From assembly GCF_000281045.1 (NCBI RefSeq), contig NW_008246082.1:418448-482447 (forward strand): DNA of 64,000 nt, given 5' to 3'. A program made the translations under genes and the position numbers. Below, piece by piece: positions 49,476 to 59,819 of the stretch (its first letter is position 1; each line of letters begins with the position of its first letter). The stretch is from Saprolegnia diclina VS20 (taxonomy: Eukaryota). The notes under the pieces are model-generated. The model was not told the origin of the DNA. It saw only the letters and a program-made list of their open reading frames with translations, and searched no databases.

Positions 49476-51688
49476 ATGACCTTCCGGAGCGTCGTGCTCC
49501 AGCCCGAGATCGCATCGATGGTGTTTGAGTTTCAGTTTGGGTTGTATGAAGACGTGCGCGCCGCCTTTGTCGCGTGCAACGAGCTCGTTGAGTTTGACGC
49601 GACGAAATCCTTGTACGCGTGCGACAAGGCATTCGCCAACGCGTTTGCGCCCAACACTGCGTGGCCCGGATTCCCGCCCAGTCGTCCGTCGCTGTATGCT
49701 CTGCTCAACACTGAGCGCGACGACCGCCTTCCGCTGCATCTGGCCATCGTCGGAGGCTTTGTGCAGCTGGCCAAACGCATGTTTCAGTGCCGCCCCGACC
49801 TCGCCTCGGAGGACGCGATCGTCCTCAGCTTCGTCAGCGACCGCCTCGACCTTGTCGAATTCTTACTGGAGCGGCGGGCCCAGGTACCAGAGCTGCGCCG
49901 GCGTAGAATCAACCCCCCAGGTGCGTTGCGCAGCACTACATTCTGTCGTGAAAGCACAATGCTGTAGGTACGCCGATGCAACGACGCATGGCGTCCGTGT
50001 ATCAGTGCTGGCTGTCCCCACTGCTCGCCAGAGAGGACACGAGAGGGGTGGAGCTGCTTCGCGTCTTTGATCCAAGCCTCGACGAGTGGAGTCCCCACGA
50101 GCGCTGGCATGCACTGCGCAGCGCTTCGCTCGAGAACGCAGTTTTAGCCCTCGAGTGCTTCCCTTGGCTGCTCTACCCGCGCATCATGGACGATGCCGCG
50201 CACAGAGGCTTCTTGCCGCTCGTGCAAACGCTGCACGAACGCGGTGTCGCATGCTCGACGAATGCGATGGATTATGCGGCGGCCAACGGCCACTTAGAGA
50301 TCATCGCCTTCCTGCATGCGCACCGACGTGAGGGATGCACGGTGGAAGCGATGAACGCCGCCGCCGCCAACGGCCATTTAGAGATTATTGCCTTCCTGCA
50401 TGCGCACCGACGTGAGGGGTGCACGGTGGAAGCGATGAACGATGCGGCGGCCAACGGCCACGTCAACGTCGTTGAGTTTCTTCAGCGCCATCGGACGGAA
50501 GGCTGCACCACAAGTGCGCTCACGCACTCGATTACCCAAGGCCACCTCAACGTAGTCCGCTTCCTCGTCGAGCTTGGCATTCAGGGCGCGTAGACCCACA
50601 TGCTTGACATTGCCGCCAACAACGGGCACCTTGCTGTCGTCCAGTACCTCCATACACTCGGTTCGTTTACCTGTACCGTCGACGCCGTCGATCGCGCTGC
50701 GTCCGCCGGCCACCACGACGTCGTCGCATTCCTCTTGACGCATCGAAGCGAAGGCTGCACCGTCGATGCCGTCGTGCAAAAAGCGCTCCAAGGAGGACAT
50801 TTACGCACGGTACAGTACCTCGTCTCGCGTGGGTACCCGATGCCGACGCAACTGGTTCGGTTGCGTGAAGGAGCATGGCGCAAGCCCGAAATCACTGGAA
50901 TTCTCGAACTTCTTGCAGCCCACGGCACCCCGTGGAGCGCCGACTGGCTCGAACTAGCGTGCATGGACGACAACGTGCTCCTATTTCAGTTTTGCCACAA
51001 GCACGCGATCGCTGCCTGTGGCCCCGAAGCGCTCGACGAGGCGGTTGAGTACGGAGCGTGGGGCATCGCCGCCTATCTTATGGTCCATGGCGCAGCTGCT
51101 ATCTCAGCGAAAGCGCTCGCATCAACGATGCGCAGCGGACGCCTCGATCTCGCGGTGCACATGCTGCAGCGTCAGCCAGAGCTCCGCCATGACACGCTTC
51201 TTCAAGTGGCGGTGAGTGACCACAACGCAGAGGTAATGCGGTACCTCCTCGCTGCCGGCATTGGCCAACCGCGCGACTGCCTCCGTCAGATTGCAGGACG
51301 TCGACAGCACGTGAGCGAGAGCAGACTTTTACTGTCCTACTGCATGCACGCGACGAGCCATCTTGACAACATCAGCTTTCTTCTCGACCTCATTGCACTG
51401 CCTGACCGCCACCACAAGACGACGCTCCAGCTGCTCACGCCCGAGCTGACGCACCAAGCACGTAAGGCCAGCAGCTCTCTTGAAGTAGCCCCACGCGTGG
51501 CACCGCGAGCGACAACGCTGCTGCAGGCGGGGGAAGTCGTCGATGCGGCGTTAGCTCTCATCCTTGGTCCTCTCGGGTCGACGGACGCGACAATCACGCC
51601 CGAGCGACTGGAGACACGGACAAGAATGGTCCATGGTATGGAGCTCCAGACGGAGCTCCCAAGTCTACTCTCGAGGAAACGTAAATGA
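49476..51688 (+). pseudogene. Saprolegnia-type ankyrin-repeat protein gene interrupted by an in-frame TAG (50591-50593)
   Basis: Intron 49921-49967. Repeats of MD.AA.NGHL.II.FLH..R.EGCT. The reading frame continues after ELGIQGA*THMLD. Confidence 0.6.
50282..50449 (+). repeat. Recent 84-bp tandem duplication (two near-identical 28-aa ankyrin-like units)
   Basis: GCCAACGGCCA recurs at 50282, 50366 and 50450; the units are nearly identical at DNA level. Confidence 0.85.
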
Positions 51689-52114
51689 CCGACTGACAAA
51701 ATGGAAGGTGCGACAATGGCTAATTCGATCGGGGAAAAGGTGTGCATAGGAGAGGTTTAGAAGCATCGTCTTGTCATTCAAAGCTTGGGCAACGGAGTGG
51801 AGGGATGTGTCGATGGAAGCTCGTCACCCTACAGAATACGAAACGAAGACACATCGTCTGCACTAGTACGCGTACGAGTGCCATTATTGGCCAAGAAAAT
51901 AGAGTCGTTTTCGCATAAAAGTCTCTACTTAGGGAAAGGGTTACGACTCGTCACCCCTCGTGGTCATCGTCCAAGATGTCTGCGTGCAATATGTGGGCCT
52001 GCACTGATCGTGGTCTCTCACGCGTCTGCCCCACGTCGAGTGCTCCATGACAATGATAAATACATATATATATATATTGTACAACAAAACAACGACGACA
52101 ACATACGACGCGAA

Positions 52115-52603
52115 TCACGCCAGCGGCACCTTGGCGAGGCGCTTGGCGAGCGCCTTCTTGTGGTTGCGCACGGCCGCGACGCGGTGGTCGGGGCACATTT
52201 TGTAAAAGGCGCCGCTTCGCTTTCGGCTGCACGGCTGCCGGCACTTGCCGTTGCGGTACGAGCATCTTCTTTGGTCCTCGAACAGCGTCGGGAGGCGGTC
52301 GAGAAGGTCGAAAATCGCGCCCACATCATACGAAGGGCCCTCGATAAAATGCAATTCCATTGCGCCCTCGAGGTCATCGATGCGTGCGACGGCCTCGTCT
52401 TCAATGACGTCGATGGCGTCACCGTTCTCGAGCATCGCGTCGTCCTCGTCCGCGAGCGGCGGCAAGAGCGCGTCAATGTCGTCGGCGTCGTACTCGGTGA
52501 GCGGGAAGAGCGACGAAGCTACCTCGTCGCGCGGCCGCAAGAACGGAATTTCGCACAAGAACGCAATGTCGTCGGCCGTAAACGTGCAACCAGTGAGCGC
52601 CAT
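52115..52603 (-). CDS. Small acidic protein with C-terminal C-x6-C-x14-C-x2-H putative zinc finger
   Basis: RRCSYRNGKCRQPCSRKRSGAFYKMCPDHR preceded by an acidic region. Confidence 0.65.
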   Translation of the reverse strand: MALTGCTFTADDIAFLCEIPFLRPRDEVASSLFPLTEYDADDIDALLPPLADEDDAMLENGDAIDVIEDEAVARIDDLEGAMELHFIEGPSYDVGAIFDLLDRLPTLFEDQRRCSYRNGKCRQPCSRKRSGAFYKMCPDHRVAAVRNHKKALAKRLAKVPLA

Positions 52604-53015
52604 TTGGCCAATCTGAAAATGAACGTTGGATTTTCCTCCAAAAGTACTATGGGATACGGTGCAGCTTCTCCCTTCTCGACTCTCCATTCTGTATTCTGCA
52701 TTCTCAATCTTGTATTCTCAACCCACCATCGCTTTTGGCCACGACCACGAGATTGCTTTTGCAAGTTTGCAGTGCTGGACGAACGCCATTCGCGGGTCCA
52801 AGACTTCGACTGAGTTAATAAGGGAGCGGCAGACTCGCTGCACTATCAAAGGACAAATGCACCATTTCGACCAAGTCGGCTGGGGCTGGTACATGCTAAT
52901 AGCAGCAGCACCGCTCTGGCATCTCATTTTGCGCGCCAAGCAATAGACAAGCCAGTAACCTCTACAATATAATACGCACCCGGATGCAATCGAGTTTCCG
53001 AGGTCATCATCAGCG

Positions 53016-55713
53016 ATGGCCGCCCGAAGCGCCGCCATGCCGGGCGACAGCGGTGCAGTTGACATCGACCTCCAGCTGCTCATGCTCATGCTCCTTCTAG
53101 TGTCCTTTGAAGCGCTCGTGGAGAAGCAGTGGTCGGCGACGGCGCCGACGCCCGCGGGCCGCCACGTGCCCAAGAAGCCCTTCCTCAAGAAAGGAGCGCG
53201 TGGGTGGTGGAAGGACAACATCCCGGCCAAGAGGAAACCCTACGTCTTGACGAGCGAGGGCCATGAGCTCTCGGCGCCAGCCGCGGCTGCTCCGCGCCCG
53301 AGCGCTCCAAGTACGGCGGCCGCAAAGAGCCGCGCCGACACCTCGATGCGGTCCGAGCCATCCATGGACCTCATGCAATCGTACGACTGGAAGATGCAGC
53401 AGGATGCAGACGACCTCGAAGAGTTCGAGTACCTCGAGCAAGCGATGCTCGCGCAGTCGAGCCCGGCGAAAGACTCGTTTCTTGACGAATACGAAGATGG
53501 CCGCCTGGCGCCGGAGCTCCTGCCGCGCCAGGACGACGAGTACGCGCCCGCGTGGGAGAAGGCGTTGTACGGCTCCGAGGACAATGCAGACGACTCGCTC
53601 CTGTTTGACGAGTGGCGCAAAGGTATCCTCAAGAACGACGAGCCCGAACTTCAATTTTCCTCGATTCACGTGCCGGCGCCCGAAGAGAACGTCGACCAGG
53701 CTTTGCACTATGGCAGCCTCAACATGAGCGAGCTCAGCGTCGCCGACTCGGAGCCGTGGGACGTCGACATCTCCCGTCCCCTTGAAGCCCACCGCGCGCA
53801 GGAGGACGCCCCTGCCCCGCCAGCTTCGCCGCCCGCGCCGTCCCTCGTCCAGCAACTCTTCCAGAAGCCGCCACCGGCAGCCGCGAGCAAGCCGCCGCCT
53901 CCGACATCGTCGCTGCAGACGCTCAAGCTCAAGCTGCAGCAAAAGGCCACCGTGGCGCCCAAGCCAAAGCCAGCAAAAGCCACCATGCCGCCAAAGAAGA
54001 AGGCAGAGCCGACGCCATCTCGTACACCGGCGCCGGCACCAACTTCGATCATCCCGTCCGTCATTGACGACAAGGTACGGTGCCAGGTCATGCGTCGACG
54101 TCATCCGTACGCTGCGTAGCTCCAGGAGCTCGAAAACGAGGTCAAGCACTACAAACAAGAGACGCTCAAGCTCCAAAAGCGTCGCGAAGCTCTTGAAGCC
54201 GACCAGCGCAAGCTCGATGTCGCGAGGTAGCTCGCGTTCTCCCGTCATCCTTCTCTTAAGGCGCGTAGGCAAGACTGGCTACAAGAGAAGAAACGGGCGC
54301 AGGACGAGCTCGAGACCGAGTGGAAGCAGGTGCGCAAGGAGAAGCGCAGCCTGGACCAGACGCTAAAGATGGGCGTCGGACTCCTTCCCGACCGCAAGTA
54401 CCGTCGACGCGCGGGTTCCTACATTGATAGGGAGCGATCTATGCATAGGGAGCGCGCAGAGGTCGATGCGCTCAAAGCCCAAATCGTCAAGATGAAGGTG
54501 CGTGCGTCCGTCTCCGTCATCCAAGTGACGTCGCCGATTGTAGATGGACGAGGCAGCCAAAGCCAACAAGCAGAAAGCCACGATGGAGTTTTTCCGCCAG
54601 CGCATTGCGGTCGGCAGCCATATCCTACCGTCGCCAACGCTCACAATATAGGACGTAGGAGCTCGAAGTACGCAACCAAGAGCTGCGGGATGAGCTCAAG
54701 TTTATGGAGCAAGAACGACTGGCACACTGGAACTGGTCACCCGAGCCATCGGCATCAACAACGGCGACAACAGCCAAGAGGCCGCCTTCAGAGCCAACCG
54801 AGGACGACGACGTATATGACCCCCACGTGTACCAAGACCGTCCCGTGCGCGCCGTGACGCCGGATCTCCTCGACACGTCGCGGTCCAGCAAAGATGACGT
54901 GCTCGGGTGGCAGTCGAGCTCCATGGCGGCACTTGCATCGTCCGGCTCCCATGCGTACGACGCGTCCGGAGTCGTGCCGCCGCCGCCCGCCGAGCCACCC
55001 GCCGCCGTCGTTCCATCCCCAAAGAAGAAGAAGGAGACGCCGTCCTTCGAAGAGATTCGGCACCCCAAGGGCAAGCTGGAGCGGCGCTTTGCCATGGGCC
55101 CGATCGCCAAGACGTTTGTGTTTGCCAATGGCACCGAGAAGGACGTGTTTGTCGACGGCCACTCGGTCGTGCGCTTCGCCAACGGCGACATCAAAGAGGT
55201 CTGTCCGTCATATGACAAGTTGGACACTCACGCCGCATGATGCTAGACCTATGCGGACAAAACCCTTTACTACTACGCTGCCGCGCAGACCACGCACACG
55301 ACGCTCTCGGACGGAACTCAGATCTTTGAGTTTCCGAATCAGCAGGTAGACCACTCAGAACAGAGCCATTATGACGAAGCGACGTAGGTCGAGACGCACT
55401 ATGCGTCGGGGGCCAAGGAAATCTCGTTTGTCGATGGCACCACCAAGCGCATCGAGGTCAATGGCGACGAGGTGAGTCTCTTCCCGGATGGCACACGCAT
55501 GCTCGAGCAAGCCAACGGCTTTCGCGAAGTCACCAACCCGGATGGCACCAAAGCCCGCGACTACCCCGACGGTACATGACACAGCATCGCTCGTGGCTCA
55601 TGGGCGCACTAGGTCGCACGACATGGGTCACCGCCGCCGGCGTCGAGACAGCCGTGCTTCCTGTGCCGCAAAAGCTCGGGCTGTCACCCAACGCTGTTAA
55701 TCGTCGCCAATAG
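53016..55713 (+). CDS. CENPJ: Centriole protein SAS-4/CENPJ (CPAP)-like, multi-exon
   Basis: PN2-3-like KKPFLKKG, central coiled coil, and a C-terminal TCP/G-box of Gly-turn repeats (FANGTEK, FANGDIK, YYYAAAQTTHTT, FPNQQ, YPDG). Stop TAG 55711-55713. Confidence 0.85.
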
Positions 55714-56178
55714 ATCTAGTCCTATGAGCTATCTGTCACTCTATCGCCATCAGGCCTGCAGTCCTGGCGCTCTTCTTGGAGCCCTCGCGTCTGCCTGCGG
55801 CGATCATCATGTCTTCTAGGTCCGTGGTATCAGCAGCCGTCGGGTCCTCGTCAGTGGCGGATCTGCCTGCCTCTACTTCGCCGCTGGCGGCCATGTCGAC
55901 ATCGCTCTCTCTCCTGCAAGAGGCCATCCTCCTGCAGTCCTCCTCCGGATCTGCCATGTCCTCGAGCCGACGTCGCTGGTCGTCGAGCGTTCTGTCTGCC
56001 GGTGGCCGCCATGGATCGTCCGGATAAGCATATACATTGTGGGAGGTTGGTGCAGTGACTGGTGGGATGTATGAGTCGTATCCGGATGCAATCCATTGGC
56101 TGGCCATCGCTGAAAATGAAAGTGCAAACTCAATTGGGACCATAGTTCTCCTTTTGACCGTTTAACAAGAAGCTAACC

Positions 56179-57098
56179 ATGCCCCGCGGTCCTCGCCACC
56201 ACCTCAAGCGCATGAGCGCCCCCAAGCACTGGATGCTCGGCAAGCTCGATGGCATCTGGGCGCCCCGCCCGTCGTCGGGCCCCCACAAGCTCCGTGAGTG
56301 CTTGCCCCTGATCATCATCATCCGCAACCGCCTCAAGTACGCCTTGACCAAGCAGGAAGTCACGATGATCTGCATGCAGAAGCTCGTCAAGGTTGACGGC
56401 AAGACGCGTGTCGACCCCAACTTCCCGGCTGGCTTCATGGACGTCGTCGAGATCACCAAGTCGGGCGATGTGTTCCGCCTCCTCTACGACACCAAGGGCC
56501 GCTTCGTCCTCCACCGCATCAACGAGGAGGAGAAGAAGTACAAGCTCGCCAAGGTCACGCGCCAGGAGTTCACGGCCAAGCAGATCCCGTACGTCGCCAC
56601 CAGCGACGGCCGCACGATCCGCTACGCCGACCCGCTCATCAAGGTCAACGACACGGTCAAGATCGACATCGAGACGGGCAAGGTCGTCGACTTCATCAAG
56701 TTCGAGACGGGCGCCATGGTCATGATCACGCGCGGCCGCAACGCTGGCCGTGTCGGTATCCTCCACCACATCGAAAGGTATGAACACACCCGTTGACTCT
56801 ACGAGCTGGGTGTGATGGTACTCCCATTGCAACACACACGCCTCTCCTCGCCATACCTCATGGCCTCGCCCTCGACAGCAGAGACTCATGACGCTCCTTG
56901 TATAGACACGCGGGTTCGTTCAACATTGCCCACATCAAGGACACGACCGGTGCCGAGTTCGCCACGCGCCAGGGCAACGTCTTCGCTGTCGGCAAGGACG
57001 GCCGCCCGTGGGTCTCGCTCCCCAAGGGCAAGGGCGTCAAGCTCTCGATCCTTGAGGAACGCAGCTTGCGTGAGCAGAAGGCCGCCGCCAAGCACTAA
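56179..57098 (+). CDS. RPS4: 40S ribosomal protein S4 (eS4); intron 56778-56905
   Basis: [33 protein letters not shown]; spliced HIER|HAGSF; ends [18 protein letters not shown]. Confidence 0.97.
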
Positions 57099-57266
57099 GC
57101 AATTAGTGCCGGCGTGCGCCATGCATTATGGCCTCCAATAATGCATAATAAAGGAGAACAAGGTTATAGCCAACGACTATTCTGTTCATTAGACTCGACT
57201 GGCCTTGGTGAGGACGCTACACTCTACAGTCGATCGCTGTGATCATAGGAGCTGGCATGCATGATT

Positions 57267-58003
57267 TCAAAAGGGAAAGATTTGGCCGCAGTTGGAGATG
57301 AGCACGGCTTGCTTGGGCTGGCCGCTCTCGGTGGCTGTGAGCTGCTGGAGCAGCCCGAGCGTCTCAAAGCTCCGCTCGCCAATGAGGCTGCCGACAACGA
57401 CGTTCTTGTTGTCGAGCCATGGCGCCTACAGGAAGCTTGCTTGGCTTGGTCGCAACTGTGTAGTCGTACAGAGGCAAAGAGGATGCTGAAGCGGGATCCG
57501 TTCGAGTCGGGGCCGGCGTTGACCATCGAGACCGTGCCAGGACCCACATGCTACGCACGATTCGTGGTCGCACACATGGTCGATGGCCGCTCTATCGCTG
57601 TCGTACCCGCAAGAGAAAATTCTCATCTTCAAAGAGGCGCGTAGGGTATATGGACGTGCCGCCGTTGCCATCAATGTCGCCGGCCTGGAGGTGCGAGTCG
57701 AGGACGATGCGGCCAATGGGTCTAGAGCATCATGATCGTTGCTACGAAGAGGGTACGCGTCGTACGTGCCAAGGTAGTGCAAGGCGCGGCCACGTGCGTC
57801 CTTGCAGTCGCCCGTGCAGAGCGCGCGAAAGTTCTCAGCTGCCTTGGGCACCACGTCAGCGCGAACCTACGACTCGAAATGTGCAAAGTCGCGCCACATC
57901 GCGAGGGCACCTCGATGAGCATGCGCCCAATGAACTGCTTGGCGACGGTGATGTCGAGGAAGACGACGGGGTTCTCGCGCCGACTGCCCTTGGCTTTGGG
58001 CAT
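57267..58003 (-). CDS. Cyclophilin-like protein with degenerate active site, multi-exon
   Basis: NPVVFLDI, VVPKAAENFRALCTG, GGTSIY, FEDENF, GTVSMVNAGPDSNGS, WLDNKNVVVG, VLISNCGQ. Confidence 0.85.
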
Positions 58004-59291
58004 ACCACGATGTTGATAGCTGGTGAAACTGCCGTCGACGACGTGGCGGCAGCGCTGTGCAAGGCGAGGAGGACCACGAAGTAGCTTCTCTTCAAGATCG
58101 TACAACTAGCCAACGTCTTCCAGAGAGCGCCGGTCAATGCTGGAGCGGCGTTGCCACCCGTGGTGCATGCACACGACACGTCGACGGCATGCTCGACAAG
58201 AAAAGACCGTAGATCTTGCAAGCGGCAAACGTGGCGGAAGGGTAGCCCACCACTGCTCCCATCAATCTATGTGCGCTCGGTTCAATGTCAAGCCGCCTTC
58301 CTCCGACTACTTAGGTACGTGTGAGCGTACATTTACGAGGATGCGATGTGACGGAGCGCTGCAACTGAGGAAGTGGAGAATAGCAACAGACTGGTGACTC
58401 ACACGAGTGGAAATAACGCCGAAACAGGTCGATTTGGTGGTTTAAAGTGCTACGCTACTGGAGGTTGGATGTATCAGTTTGCAGTTAAAAAGTGTAATTT
58501 TTGTTCTTCACCGAGAATCTCAGGGGATTGACAGAAATTGGTTTCTCCTCATCTACATCCACGACTCCTAAGTCTACGAAATATCTAGATACTGGAAACA
58601 GATCAGAGAGGTAAAGCGAATCTCGAGTATCGGCATCCTTCCGAAGAAGTAAGTTGACCGTCGTGAAACGTAGAGTTGAGTTCATCACTCTGTTCCGACT
58701 ACACTATATCACTAGCTACTTGCTCGATGGCTGGCAAATTCCAAACTGAGCTAACTGTTGCACATGGCGTCACCATCGAAAATTGACTGGCGGAGACACC
58801 CCGCGTTTTCATTGGCTAAAATTCCGGAATTTCGGTTTTTGGCGCCAACGGTTGTCGAAGGAGTCTCCGCGACGACTACACTTGTGGTTCCACGAGGCCA
58901 ACCGTTCGTAGGACCACGCGATGCTGCTGCTGCGATAGCTAACAGTTCTACTACATAGCTGTACTATCAAGCTAACCGTGTATTTTTATGATTGGAGATG
59001 CACGCAGCACAGCAGCCAGAAGCGCTTTGGTATCTCCTTGTAGAAAGTGCAGAGGACGAGTTCAAAATGGCAAAGCTCGACCTGGCAGGACCGTGATGCG
59101 TCGAGAGAGGTCCAAGCAACTACAAGGAACGGCACTGCGATCGTCCCCTTGGAGTAGCAACGCCAGGCGCCTTTGCATTAGCTAAGGTGTCAAGCCAACG
59201 AAGCAAGAGAAATGGCGCCCTCGCAAGTCGTTGCGATATAAGAATAGCCAAGGAGCTACCCAGCATTAGCCGCTCTACACCAGGCAGACGC

Positions 59292-59819
59292 ATGACGGAG
59301 CCGGCGAGAAAGTCCAAGGTCAAGAAGAGCGTACGCTGCAAGCTCCGAGTCGCTCGCTATAGCCGTTCGCGCTTCTTCTCGTAGGCCAACCACGTGTACA
59401 TCACAGAGCGCACGCGCGTACGACTGCCCTTCGTCCTTGCCGCCTTGTCGCTTCACTCGTATTAGTACTACAAGACGGACGTGCCGACCGTCGACGTGCT
59501 CGTGGAAGCCGCCAAGCTGCAGCGCAAGCTCGACCACGCCCGCGAGCTTGGCAAGGACCCGCGTACACTCAACTTCATTCGACCTCGTGCATACCATTTC
59601 ATCCTATCGCAAATGTAGACAACACGGAGGCGTGGAAGCTCGAGGCGCAAGCGCTCACGCAGCTCGGGCAGCTGGAGAAGTGGCAAGGCCGCGACGCCGC
59701 CGGCGATGCGTACAAAGCAGATCGGTCTCATGTATATTGATGCAGAAATACATATGCGTAGCTTCATGACGCAAGCCGCGCGCGTCTGCCGAATGAACAC
59801 GTTCAATAAGCGGCTCTAA
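59292..59819 (+). CDS. Cryptic small 5-exon hypothetical protein (~105 aa)
   Basis: Four GTAC...TAG introns with consistent phases give MTEPARKSKVKKSANHVYITERTRYYKTDVPTVDVLVEAAKLQRKLDHARELGKDPHNTEAWKLEAQALTQLGQLEKWQGRDAAGDAFMTQAARVCRMNTFNKRL*. Confidence 0.7.

Noticed and set aside
55736..56143. 135-aa acidic minus-strand ORF between SAS-4 and RPS4
   Set aside because: Overlaps the probable RPS4 promoter and has no recognisable domain; cannot be excluded, but unsupported
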